From NCBI GenBank assembly GCA_005223125.1, contig NJBH01000002.1, forward strand, positions 32,001 through 96,000: a stretch of 64,000 bases of DNA. Reading direction: 5' to 3'. Below are positions 1 through 9,457 of the stretch, one piece after another. The first letter of the stretch is position 1, and the number at the start of each line of letters is the position of its first letter. Under the pieces are notes generated by a model. The model ran no database searches and was not told where the DNA came from. It was given only the letters and a program-made list of their open reading frames with translations. This DNA is from Promethearchaeota archaeon Loki_b32. GTDB lineage: Archaea; Asgardarchaeota; Lokiarchaeia; Sigyniarchaeales; SOKP01. A program made the translations under genes and the position numbers.

Positions 1-83
1 GATTTTATAATTTCTTTTAATAATGCTATTATAAATCTACTATCATCTACAATTAAAATGTCATATTCAGAATTATCAAGAAA
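1..83 (-). CDS. Response-regulator receiver (CheY-like) domain protein, N-terminal part; runs off the window edge
   Basis: Manual translation FLDNSEYDILIVDDSRFIIALLKEIIK matches the receiver beta1 'ILIVDD' motif plus helix 1. No ATG/GTG/TTG in frame after the TAA at 86-84. Confidence 0.6.
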
Positions 84-95
84 TTATAAAATTTT

Positions 96-1163
96 TCAAA
101 ATTCTCTCTCGATTACAAAATTTAACAAACTCTCAAAAAATTCAAATTCAGAATGATTAATCACAGGTTTCAAATTATTTAAAGATGATTTTGCTTCTTG
201 AAAATACGAATTTGCTAGATCTTTACATGAATTAATTACATCTGCTTTGAAAAATAAATCTTTGACTTTTTGGACATCATTACTTGTCATATCTGGCTTT
301 TCTATTAAGTTTTCGAGTTCAATTCTTTCTCTTTCTTCTAATTTATTCCACGCATCAAGTAGTAAGCATGTCTTCTTACCTTCTCTAATATCTCCATCTG
401 TTGGTTTTCCAGTGACTTTTTCATTACCATATGTACCCAAAATATCATCAATTATCTGAAAAATAATACCAAGGTTTAATCCATAAATTGAAAGATCCTT
501 CAAATACCTCTCATCAACTTTCGCATAATTGGCACCAATTAAAATAGATTTTTCAATTAGAGTGCTAGTTTTAAGTGATATCATATTTATATAATCAGCA
601 ACAGACAGATTCTTCTGGTTAACCATATCAGTTTCTATTAAAACTCCATTTACTATCCCTATAAAAGCTTGTTCATAATAATCAATTGCTTTTAATTTAA
701 GAGCATTTTCAAATTCATTAAACAAATGTGCCTCTAATCCTAAGATAAATGCAGAATCTCCTCCAATTATCCCTATTGAATTACCAAAGTCAATATCAAG
801 CATTTTTTTTAAATCGTACTGTTGATGATAATTGCGAAATCTAAAATGGAAGGAGGGTTTTCCTCTTCTAAAATTATCTTTATCGATAATGTCGTCATGA
901 ATTAATGATGCATTATGGAGAAATTCTACTCCAACGCTTGGTAAAATGATCTTATCATCATTATCTTTACTAAATCCGTTATAAGCAGCAACACATAATA
1001 AAGGTCTGATTCTTTTGCCCCCCGAAAGAAAGTAATCGCTTAATTCTGAATAATAATCCTTCAAGAAAGAATTTTCAACACTATTTAGTTTCTTGTCAAA
1101 TATCGATTTTATCACACTATTAATCTTGGGAATATATTTTTTTGTGTATTCTGTAAATTTCAT
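96..1163 (-). CDS. idsA: Geranylgeranyl diphosphate synthase / polyprenyl synthetase
   Basis: GGKRIRP, first Asp-rich motif LIHDDIID..RRG, KT motif, second motif FQIIDDILG, GK..GDIREGKKT. Confidence 0.93.
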   Translation of the reverse strand: MKFTEYTKKYIPKINSVIKSIFDKKLNSVENSFLKDYYSELSDYFLSGGKRIRPLLCVAAYNGFSKDNDDKIILPSVGVEFLHNASLIHDDIIDKDNFRRGKPSFHFRFRNYHQQYDLKKMLDIDFGNSIGIIGGDSAFILGLEAHLFNEFENALKLKAIDYYEQAFIGIVNGVLIETDMVNQKNLSVADYINMISLKTSTLIEKSILIGANYAKVDERYLKDLSIYGLNLGIIFQIIDDILGTYGNEKVTGKPTDGDIREGKKTCLLLDAWNKLEERERIELENLIEKPDMTSNDVQKVKDLFFKADVINSCKDLANSYFQEAKSSLNNLKPVINHSEFEFFESLLNFVIEREF

Positions 1164-1379
1164 GGAATCACTTTTTTTTGCTTACGAATAAAATGATTAT
1201 ATCATTAATATACTACAAATATTATGTTAAAATAAAAGGAATATCAGATTTTCAATACTCTTAACCATTAGAGAAAAATGTGAAATTTAAATTTTCATTG
1301 ATTCGAAGTTTTAAATAATAGTTAAAAACATTATTATTAGCAAACCAATTTGAGATGTAAGAGAGATGTATAGATATAA

Positions 1380-4178
1380 TTAACTGAATCTCCAATTTAA
1401 ATCAATAACAATTTTAAATGTTGCAATTACATGAGGGTCCAATGTAATATTCAGTTCATTTTTATCATAACTGTTTATATCCGCTTTAATTTCATTTTTA
1501 GGTTTTTCTTCAAGGAAATTTACTATCTCTACAGTTCTAATCAAAATTTTATCGTAAAAAGTCAATTTTGCGCTTTGAACTTCAGATGATATATTATATA
1601 CTCTGATTATCAGATTATCTCCCATCTCTGACTTTTTTAATGCACTTAAAACGACATTCTTATTACCAATTTCAAGAAAACTAAGACTTGCTGGAAGATA
1701 TGGTTCAAGGGTTCTCTTTTTACGTTTTATAAAATAAGATAAGATACCCGTTGGCTTTAATATCACTTTATCGGCAACTCTTTGGGGTGTTTGAGCCATT
1801 GCTGGAAAGATTAGTCTAAGAGGGTTGTTAAATTCCTTTCCTCTTAAATGAATTTCTGAATCTAGCCAATTTGGTTTTGATGAGGTAGCTATTGAAAATT
1901 CAAAATTATGTCTACCAAGGCATTGAGCACCTGGAGTTTTAACACCTGGACCTGCATGAGACATTCTTGTAATAAAATCATCGCGCGATAACCATTCAAT
2001 ACATCGCAAAAGAGTTATGGCAAAAGTTATAGTTTTGTTTTCATTTATTTTAGCCTCATATTCAGGTAACCCTTTATTTAATACAGCAAAAGTTCTCGAA
2101 TTATCACTAACAGAAACAAAATCCTTTTGATGATTCATAGGAAGAGGTTTTTGAGCCCAATTATCTGCTTTTGGCAATTTGACGTTTCTAGGAACTACAA
2201 AAAAATGACCATCAGCGTATACATTATCAGCTTTTATTTTTGTAGGGAATAAAACACGTATCCGATGATCTCTGCTATTATTTTCAACTTCAATCTCAAA
2301 ATCAATGCGTTTAATTCCTTTATACAATGAAATATACATCTTGATTTTATTATCAACAAGCCAATCTTCCCTATTATAACGATCTTCAGAAAATGAATAG
2401 GGAAGCTTCAAATTTAGTCTAAGTTTAAAGGTTTTCTGACTTGGGCCATCTATGAAAACTGATCTTTCAAAAATAGCAACATCTTCAGTGGTAAAAACCA
2501 GATCTGTTTGGTTTTCTTTTGGACCGGAAAAATCATATTCATCACCCCAGTCTCCCATATCCTCGAATTCACAAAATTTTTCATAAGTTATTCCTGATTC
2601 TTTATCAACTACTTCAATAAAACCGTCTTGTTTTATATTAATTCGATAAAATTCATTTTCTAAGAAATTTCTTGTAATTTTAAAATCATCTTTGTCAATA
2701 GTAAATTCACTCACTGATTCTACAGGAATAATATAATATGTTTTATAACCGCATGCAGGAACTTCTGCTAAGAATGTGAAATTATGACTAATACTTAATT
2801 CTCGTGTAAGTCTAGGGTCTTCATCGATATAATGATGTTGATATTCAATTTCGTTCCCCTCAGGGTCAATTATTTTAATATCAAATGGAAACTTTTCTCC
2901 ACTTGTTTGTTGGGCGATATTATTAAATCTTACAATATCTTTTCGTTTCCAGGGAAGTGGATTATATACAATTAAAACATTTAAATCGTTATATTTAGAA
3001 TCAATATTTATGAATTCACTTATATAAATAAAAGAGTTTTTGTAAACTTCATTTGCTATTTGTTCTGCCCAATCAAATCTTGTTTTCATTTCATCATGGA
3101 CTTCGTCTATACTACACCCACATATACTATCATGGGGCGCATTTTTTTGAAGCCACTTTAATCCAGTCAAAATATAATCCCTTGGATAGGTAAATCTGTT
3201 ATACTTATCAAGAGACCACGTAATTGTGGAGAATGGTTCTGTATATTTTTCATATAGATATTCTATTTTAGTATTTCTTTGCTTTATCCACATACGTGCT
3301 GAAAAGACGCCTGATAATAAATGAGCAAATCTACCTCCTCTTAATTCTCCTTGAAATTCATTTAATTTTGGTTTAAATTCTAATACCTTATTAATATAAT
3401 ATTCAAAATCTGCTTGTTCCAGATGCCTATCAGGATTTAGGTTATTCCATTGCTTTACTATTTCGGGAATTTCCGGGAGTGCCTCATGATGGTCTGAGCC
3501 ATTATTAAGTAGAACAACTGGAGTTGCTATATAGTTTTCAAAATTTTTAATCTTATTATTAATAGTTCTGAGTGCTGGTTTATATTCTCCCTTGATTTTT
3601 TGAGTGTTATATAGTTCTAATGACATATATCCATATCTTAAAAAGATCGCTAAAAGAGATGCTACCTTTCCTGGTGCATTCCATATAAATTCCATATTTA
3701 AATTATTTTCTTCAAATTCATTTCCAAAACCTCTCCAAAATAATATAGAAGGAATTTCAAAACCTTGTATAATTTGAGGTAATTGTGCGATATGACCAAA
3801 GGGATCAGGAATGTACCCTGCTTTCATGACTCTTCCGAATCTTCGACTAATTTGATGTCCAATCATTAGGTTTCTAATTATAGATTCACCACTAACTAAA
3901 AATTCATCTGGTAGTACATACATTGGGCCAATAGAGAGTCTTCCTTGCTTTACATATTCTTTGATTTCATCTTCCTTATCTGGTCTAACTTCCAAATAAT
4001 CCTCAATGGGAATGATCTGACCATCGAAGGTAAAGTTTCTATAGTTTGAGTCTGTTTTAAGAATATTTAGTAATTTATCCATCATAATTACGAGTCTAGC
4101 ACGAAACTCTTGAAAAGGGAGATACCATTCTCTATCCCAATGAGTTTCTGGAACGATAATTATATTATTTGCTTTCAT
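1380..4178 (-). CDS. Glycoside hydrolase family 38 alpha-mannosidase (mannosylglycerate hydrolase-like)
   Basis: THWDREWY, FTFDGQ, PDPFGH, NGSDH, HDSICGCSID motifs; 932 aa. Confidence 0.9.
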   Translation of the reverse strand: MKANNIIIVPETHWDREWYLPFQEFRARLVIMMDKLLNILKTDSNYRNFTFDGQIIPIEDYLEVRPDKEDEIKEYVKQGRLSIGPMYVLPDEFLVSGESIIRNLMIGHQISRRFGRVMKAGYIPDPFGHIAQLPQIIQGFEIPSILFWRGFGNEFEENNLNMEFIWNAPGKVASLLAIFLRYGYMSLELYNTQKIKGEYKPALRTINNKIKNFENYIATPVVLLNNGSDHHEALPEIPEIVKQWNNLNPDRHLEQADFEYYINKVLEFKPKLNEFQGELRGGRFAHLLSGVFSARMWIKQRNTKIEYLYEKYTEPFSTITWSLDKYNRFTYPRDYILTGLKWLQKNAPHDSICGCSIDEVHDEMKTRFDWAEQIANEVYKNSFIYISEFINIDSKYNDLNVLIVYNPLPWKRKDIVRFNNIAQQTSGEKFPFDIKIIDPEGNEIEYQHHYIDEDPRLTRELSISHNFTFLAEVPACGYKTYYIIPVESVSEFTIDKDDFKITRNFLENEFYRINIKQDGFIEVVDKESGITYEKFCEFEDMGDWGDEYDFSGPKENQTDLVFTTEDVAIFERSVFIDGPSQKTFKLRLNLKLPYSFSEDRYNREDWLVDNKIKMYISLYKGIKRIDFEIEVENNSRDHRIRVLFPTKIKADNVYADGHFFVVPRNVKLPKADNWAQKPLPMNHQKDFVSVSDNSRTFAVLNKGLPEYEAKINENKTITFAITLLRCIEWLSRDDFITRMSHAGPGVKTPGAQCLGRHNFEFSIATSSKPNWLDSEIHLRGKEFNNPLRLIFPAMAQTPQRVADKVILKPTGILSYFIKRKKRTLEPYLPASLSFLEIGNKNVVLSALKKSEMGDNLIIRVYNISSEVQSAKLTFYDKILIRTVEIVNFLEEKPKNEIKADINSYDKNELNITLDPHVIATFKIVIDLNWRFS

Positions 4179-4325
4179 TTTGAATATAACCTAAAATAAC
4201 TTAGTCTTTCCTTCTTAATATTTATTAAAGGTTTCAGTATAAATTATATTTTATAATAAAACTTGATTTATTTGTCAAAAAATTATATTTTAATTACTAA
4301 GGAAAGTAAAGTGAATATTTCAAAA

Positions 4326-5846
4326 TTAATTTAATATTGATTTGCCTATTACGCTTGAGTGTGGCTTGATCCCTAGTAAATTCAATAGAGTTGGAACCAT
4401 ATCTGTTGTTTTACAATATTTTAATTCCATTTGTGGAATTTCAGGTGATCCACCGATAATGAATGGAACGATCATTGACTCTCTAAGCCCATTATCATGA
4501 GAATATGGAGAAAAACCAACAGTTTTTCCATGTTCATAATTAAAAGAATAATCTCCCAAGGTTGAGATAATAATATCGCAAGATCTTGGATTTTTAAAAT
4601 AACGAGGAATTTGATCTATAATCATTGGAAAATTAATGTGATTTGTAGCTTCTAACCATTCTTCAATCGTATGAAATTTATTATCAAGAATTCTTGCAGA
4701 TTTCTCGTTTTCATTATATCCATAAAAATCATTTCCATCAGAAGTGTATCTTGTTTTTTGTTCTTTACCAAAACCTTGATATTCAATCGTTCCATTCCTT
4801 CTTTTTCCGGAATTTTGATCTTGAAACTCAATATGAATTATTCCTTTTTCTGGCTTATTATCATCTTCTCTATAATACATAAATTTAACTCCTGGAATTT
4901 CCCATAATACTTCAAAGATATTCAGATTTTGCTTTCCGATACCACTAGGTTTAAATTTTTGCATCTGTTGAATTGTGGGATGATGATGCCAAGTATCCCC
5001 TCGAATATTAAAAAAACCAACTGAACCAAAATTACAGTCAAAATCACCTATTCCTTTGTCGGGAATGTAAGGTATCAACCCTTTTTGCTGAAAGAATGGC
5101 TCGAGATCAACATTTTTTTCAGCTTTATAATTACCATGGTCAGTTACTATAGCAACTGCGGTATCATCATAATAACCCGTTGTTTTCAATGTATTCATCA
5201 ATGATCCTAGATATTTATCACACTCTACTATTAAATTGATATAGTTAGGGTGGTCAAATCCTAATTTATGCATAATCCCATCAGTATGGGGGACATAACC
5301 AACAGTTATCAATGATACTTCTTTATTTGAAAAGTAGAAGCCAGGATTTTTAAAAGCGACTTCAATATTCTTAAAGATGGGTTCTATATTAAAAAAATGG
5401 CTAGCAAGACGAAAATAAGCTCCACGAAATAAGAAACTCGTAGAACTTAGCATATTACCATCAGGTGCTTGTTCAAAAATAGTTTTTACATTATTTCCTA
5501 TATCTTTATTAATTTTTAATAAATCATTTCTCTTTCCATAATTACGAATGAAGGGAAACTTTTTACTCGTTGATGGTGGATCCATTCTATTAAGCCAATG
5601 GTACAATGGAACAGCATTTCCTTCCTTAGGAAAATATCCTGAATAAGACCCAGTTACAATATTACCATAACAAGGAAAAGTAATAGCAGGATAAGATGTA
5701 ATGCAATTTGAACATTTTATCCCGTTTTCTGCAATTTGTGTTATATTAGGAAGCTTTCCCTCATTTATCAAACCAAATAAATGTTCAGCACGAACGGCAT
5801 CAAGAATTATTAAGATAACTTGGTTAACTTTAGCGCTACGACTCAT
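4326..5846 (-). CDS. Alkaline phosphatase superfamily / nucleotide pyrophosphatase-phosphodiesterase
   Basis: IILDAVR, YPAITFP (Thr nucleophile), D-x-x-x-H (DGIMH), TDHG, SHD..RESMIVPF, TDMVPTL. Confidence 0.85.
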   Translation of the reverse strand: MSRSAKVNQVILIILDAVRAEHLFGLINEGKLPNITQIAENGIKCSNCITSYPAITFPCYGNIVTGSYSGYFPKEGNAVPLYHWLNRMDPPSTSKKFPFIRNYGKRNDLLKINKDIGNNVKTIFEQAPDGNMLSSTSFLFRGAYFRLASHFFNIEPIFKNIEVAFKNPGFYFSNKEVSLITVGYVPHTDGIMHKLGFDHPNYINLIVECDKYLGSLMNTLKTTGYYDDTAVAIVTDHGNYKAEKNVDLEPFFQQKGLIPYIPDKGIGDFDCNFGSVGFFNIRGDTWHHHPTIQQMQKFKPSGIGKQNLNIFEVLWEIPGVKFMYYREDDNKPEKGIIHIEFQDQNSGKRRNGTIEYQGFGKEQKTRYTSDGNDFYGYNENEKSARILDNKFHTIEEWLEATNHINFPMIIDQIPRYFKNPRSCDIIISTLGDYSFNYEHGKTVGFSPYSHDNGLRESMIVPFIIGGSPEIPQMELKYCKTTDMVPTLLNLLGIKPHSSVIGKSILN

Positions 5847-5963
5847 TTTTATCTAATTATTGATAATAATTTATTTAAATTCTAAATAAAATATTGTTGT
5901 ATAGAATTTGAATTTTAATTTTTAAAGATTAGTACAAATTAAAATATACACCGTTAAGGAAAA

Positions 5964-7028
5964 ATGGAAACAGAGCATAAAGTTCATTTCAAAAATTCAT
6001 CTGATATGAGTGAGATAAAGTCAAATTCTATAGATCTGATGATAACATCTCCACCATATCCCATGATTGAGATGTGGGATGGTTTATTTTCTTCTTTAAA
6101 TGAGGAGGTTAAACAAGCCTTCGAAGAAGAGGATAGGAAAAAAGCATTTAATTTGATGCATCATGAGCTAAATAAAGTCTGGAAAGAAGTAGTTCGAGTT
6201 TTAAAATCAGGGGGAATTGCTTGCATAAATATTGGAGATGCCACAAGAAAAATAGGTAAGATATTTCAATTATTTCCTAATCATGTTAAAGTAATTAACT
6301 TTTTCCAAAATAATGACTTCATTGAATTACCTTGTATTTTATGGAGAAAGCCGACAAATAGTCCGAACAAATTCTTAGGATCTGGAATGCTCCCCCCTAA
6401 TGCCTATATTACCCTTGAACATGAATATATTTTGATTTTTAGGAAAGGTAAAAATAAACGAACTATACCCCCAAAATCAGAAAATAGATATAAAAGTGCT
6501 TTTTTTTGGGAAGAGAGGAATAAATGGTTTTCAGACGTGTGGGAGGACATAAGAGGGATTTCTCAGAATCTAAATAAAAGTAACAATAATCAAAAGAATA
6601 TAAGAAAACGATCAGCAGCCTTCCCTTTAGAAATACCTTATCGCTTAATTAATATGTTTTCCTTATATGAAGATTTGGTTTTAGACCCGTTCTGGGGAAC
6701 AGGAACAACCTCATTAGCTGCCATGATATCTGCAAGAAATTCAATTGGGTATGAAATCAATTCTAAATTCATGGGATTGTTTAAAGAAAATATGGGTAAG
6801 CTTAGAAAATTAAATAGTGAAATAAATAATAATAGATTACATCAACATCTTGAATTTATTAAGCATTATAGGAATAAGGCTAAAGATATTAAATATACCT
6901 CAGCTCACTATAAATTTCCAGTTATTACGAAACAGGAAATAGATGTCTTATTATATTCTATAAAAAATTATAGTGAAAATGAGAATAAATTTATTCTTAA
7001 CCATCAAAAATTTGAATTTGCACAATAA
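5964..7028 (+). CDS. Site-specific DNA methyltransferase (N4-C/N6-A, beta class)
   Basis: Catalytic TSPPY near the N-terminus; AAFP; SAM-binding VLDPFWGTGTT near the C-terminus. Confidence 0.9.
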   Translation: METEHKVHFKNSSDMSEIKSNSIDLMITSPPYPMIEMWDGLFSSLNEEVKQAFEEEDRKKAFNLMHHELNKVWKEVVRVLKSGGIACINIGDATRKIGKIFQLFPNHVKVINFFQNNDFIELPCILWRKPTNSPNKFLGSGMLPPNAYITLEHEYILIFRKGKNKRTIPPKSENRYKSAFFWEERNKWFSDVWEDIRGISQNLNKSNNNQKNIRKRSAAFPLEIPYRLINMFSLYEDLVLDPFWGTGTTSLAAMISARNSIGYEINSKFMGLFKENMGKLRKLNSEINNNRLHQHLEFIKHYRNKAKDIKYTSAHYKFPVITKQEIDVLLYSIKNYSENENKFILNHQKFEFAQ

Positions 7029-7064
7029 ATAGATAAATTGTTTAAATCCTTCCTCGAGCAGAGC

Positions 7065-7110
7065 ATTCATCAAATAACTTTCCTTAAAAGGATTTTTTTA
7101 TTTGAGTCAT
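7065..7110 (-). promoter_or_regulatory. Putative eukaryote-type (form 2-like) SECIS element in the 3' UTR of 7126..8049
   Basis: RNA reads AUGA-C-UCAAAUAA-AAAAA-UCCU[UUUA]AGGA-AAG-UUAUUUGA-U-GA-AU: AUGA/GA core, perfect 8-bp helix, unpaired A-run, apical mini-stem. It begins 15 nt after the stop. Confidence 0.8.
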
Positions 7111-7125
7111 TATTTTGGATTTTTT

Positions 7126-8049
7126 TTATTCACAATCTTCTTCGGCTTGTTGGAGATTAATCTTTATAAAACCTACTTCCTGAAGATTCCTTTGTTCAGA
7201 TTTCACTGATCTATTTACTTGATGTAAATGTTTCATGGCATTATTTTTTCCTTCTTTGATATTTTCAATTAGTTCTTCTTTATTAAAACCACCAGAAATA
7301 ACAAGAGCCGTTTGAAAAGAATGATCGGGTTCTAAAGTCATAAATTCAATTTGCATAGCAGATAATATTTCTCCTTGTCCTTTATATATAGTATTTGAAA
7401 GGTTCATAGTCTTTTTATCGATTTTGAAATCTTTTGTTAGACATGTCTCGTAGTTTGTTGATTTTGATAGGGGAGAAAATCCACCATATAAACCCGTATT
7501 ATCATATTGGTAAATAACGTCATTTTCTTCATCATAGCCGGATAGATCATTATCAAAACCCGCAAGTCCATTTATATCAAAATCAAAAACAAAATACATT
7601 GAAAAATCTTTTAAGGCAAAATCTGATATGTTTTTAATTGTGAAAAAAGTATTAATATAAGGAATATGAGGTGCATTAAAGATGTCTTTGTACACACGAA
7701 CAAATTGCTTCTTTTCTAATGGAATCAATTTTGAATTTTGTTCTTGAGATAGTTTCTTAAGATACTCTGTAATATTAAAATCTAAAGTAATTCTACTAAT
7801 AGCAGTCCCCGTACGAGTATTTACCATATTGTATATCGGTGTTGGCTCGATATTTTTTAAAATAACTGGAATTGTTCCAATTTTTTTTCCTTCTAGTGTA
7901 AAGCTAAACCAAGGACCTGTTAATTCTTGTTCACTAAGATATATAAGATACTTTCCCATGTATGTCAGTTCTTTAATTGAAAATCCCATTACATAGCCTT
8001 GAGCGTTTCAAGTTCCAACTATATCATGCCAAATAATCTTAAGTACTAT
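7126..8049 (-). CDS. Putative selenoprotein of unknown family (307 aa, Sec14); the ORF track calls only 7126..7989
   Basis: SD AAGGAGGT (8065-8058), 8-nt spacer, ATA start (8049), MVLKIIWHDIVGT-TGA(8010-8008)-NAQGYV in frame with the 287-aa ORF; SECIS-like hairpin downstream. Confidence 0.75.
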
Positions 8050-8057
8050 TTTTTTAA

Positions 8058-8065
8058 ACCTCCTT
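8058..8065 (-). promoter_or_regulatory. Shine-Dalgarno sequence AAGGAGGT
   Basis: Strong anti-SD complement 8 nt before the ATA at 8049. Similar GAGGTG(A) motifs precede ATGs at 21785 and 47531. Confidence 0.75.
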
Positions 8066-8149
8066 TAAATTATTTTAAATTCATTTATATCTTACAATAT
8101 CAATTATTTAGAAAAATGAGAATTTATAAAAATCTTTGCTTAAAAAAGA

Positions 8150-9133
8150 TTAAAGATGTTCTATTACTCTATAAGCGATATAGAGAAAAGCGTCGTTTAC
8201 ATTTTCACCAGTCAGCGCTGAAGTAATAATATAATGCATCCCTCGTTGTTTAGCAACTTCTTTCAATTCATCTTCACTTATCACTATTTCATCCACTAAA
8301 TCAGATTTATTTCCTACTATCACCATTGGAATATTTCTTGATATTGATTTTTTAATATCATTAAACCATTTCTCAACGCTACTTAGACTACCTGATCGAG
8401 TTCTGTCTACAACAATAAATGCAGCATTAGCACCATTGTAGAATTTTGCTCTATAAGGAGCCATTTGTTGCACTTGACCTCCAATATCCCAAATTATAAA
8501 ATTCATTTTAGTAGTTTCACTTAATTCCACTACTTTTTTTGAAATTTGGACGCCAATAGTAGATATATAATCTCTTGCAAATTTATTTTTTATATATCGT
8601 CTAATTAATGAGGTTTTACCAACTTTATAATCTCCAGTTAAAATTAATTTATTTGAATATTCTCCTGCTATATTAGGGAGTTGTCCTCCCCGAGTTTTTG
8701 ACAAAGCTTTTATTATTTCAGGGATTTTTGGAGACACATCCTCATTCGTCGAAAGTACTAATTCTACTTTCGATGCTATGTGTTCTGAATATACTTTTAA
8801 TTCTATATCTGTAGTTGAATGTTTTGCTACTGTTGTTAAAATTGAATTTGGACCCATTGAACTAAAAACAAATTTCTTATCCCCTGTTGATGTAATATTG
8901 AAAAAACTATCAGAAGTCCCAAATTCCGCCTTAATTCTGTCTATATAAGAATCAAGCATAGCAGAAAGCGCTCCAATTATCTCATCAGATTCTTCCTCAT
9001 TTTCTTGTTTCGATTCTGAAGCTATAATAAAACCATTTCTATCACAGATAGCTACCCCTAAAATTCCTTCTATTTCATTGAAATAATTTATTAAAATCTC
9101 TTTTAACAAACTAGCACTCGGAAGCCCTTCCAT
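8150..9133 (-). CDS. Roadblock/LC7-domain and Rab-like small GTPase fusion
   Basis: N-terminal GILGVAICDRNGFIIAS roadblock pattern; GTPase G1 GDYKVGKT, G2 TIG, G3 WDIGGQ, G4 NKSD, G5 SAL. Confidence 0.88.
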   Translation of the reverse strand: MEGLPSASLLKEILINYFNEIEGILGVAICDRNGFIIASESKQENEEESDEIIGALSAMLDSYIDRIKAEFGTSDSFFNITSTGDKKFVFSSMGPNSILTTVAKHSTTDIELKVYSEHIASKVELVLSTNEDVSPKIPEIIKALSKTRGGQLPNIAGEYSNKLILTGDYKVGKTSLIRRYIKNKFARDYISTIGVQISKKVVELSETTKMNFIIWDIGGQVQQMAPYRAKFYNGANAAFIVVDRTRSGSLSSVEKWFNDIKKSISRNIPMVIVGNKSDLVDEIVISEDELKEVAKQRGMHYIITSALTGENVNDAFLYIAYRVIEHL

Positions 9134-9274
9134 TAATAATCAATCTACAAATTTAAAATATTAAGAATATAATATCCCCAGATAATATAAAATTTAGGTA
9201 ATACTAAAATCATATTTGCGAACACATCACCATACCATATTATTTTTTATTTCAATTTTCTCCCTTTTTTATTT

Positions 9275-9442
9275 ATGATAGAAAATGCATCTACTGATCC
9301 AGATATTTTAAATTTTGAGGAAAATATAGCTAACATCTTAGATCGAGCAGTTAAACTCTTCAGAAGAACCAATTTAAACGAACTAGCTGAAAAATGGGAT
9401 AGAATTTTAAAAACCTATGATTCAAAAAAGAGAAATCAATAA
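9275..9442 (+). CDS. Small helical protein or C-terminal gene remnant (55 aa)
   Basis: Manual translation MIENASTDPDILNFEENIANILDRAVKLFRRTNLNELAEKWDRILKTYDSKKRNQ; shorter than anything in the ORF track. Confidence 0.4.
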   Translation: MIENASTDPDILNFEENIANILDRAVKLFRRTNLNELAEKWDRILKTYDSKKRNQ

Positions 9443-9457
9443 AATAAGAAATTAAAA

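Noticed and set aside
84-98. idsA and the receiver-domain ORF share a frame (possible readthrough fusion)
   Set aside because: Two stops (TGA, TAA) intervene and IdsA is already complete
7999-8226. Plus-strand 75-aa ORF
   Set aside because: Antisense to the GTPase 3' end and to the proposed selenoprotein 5' end and SD; no family features
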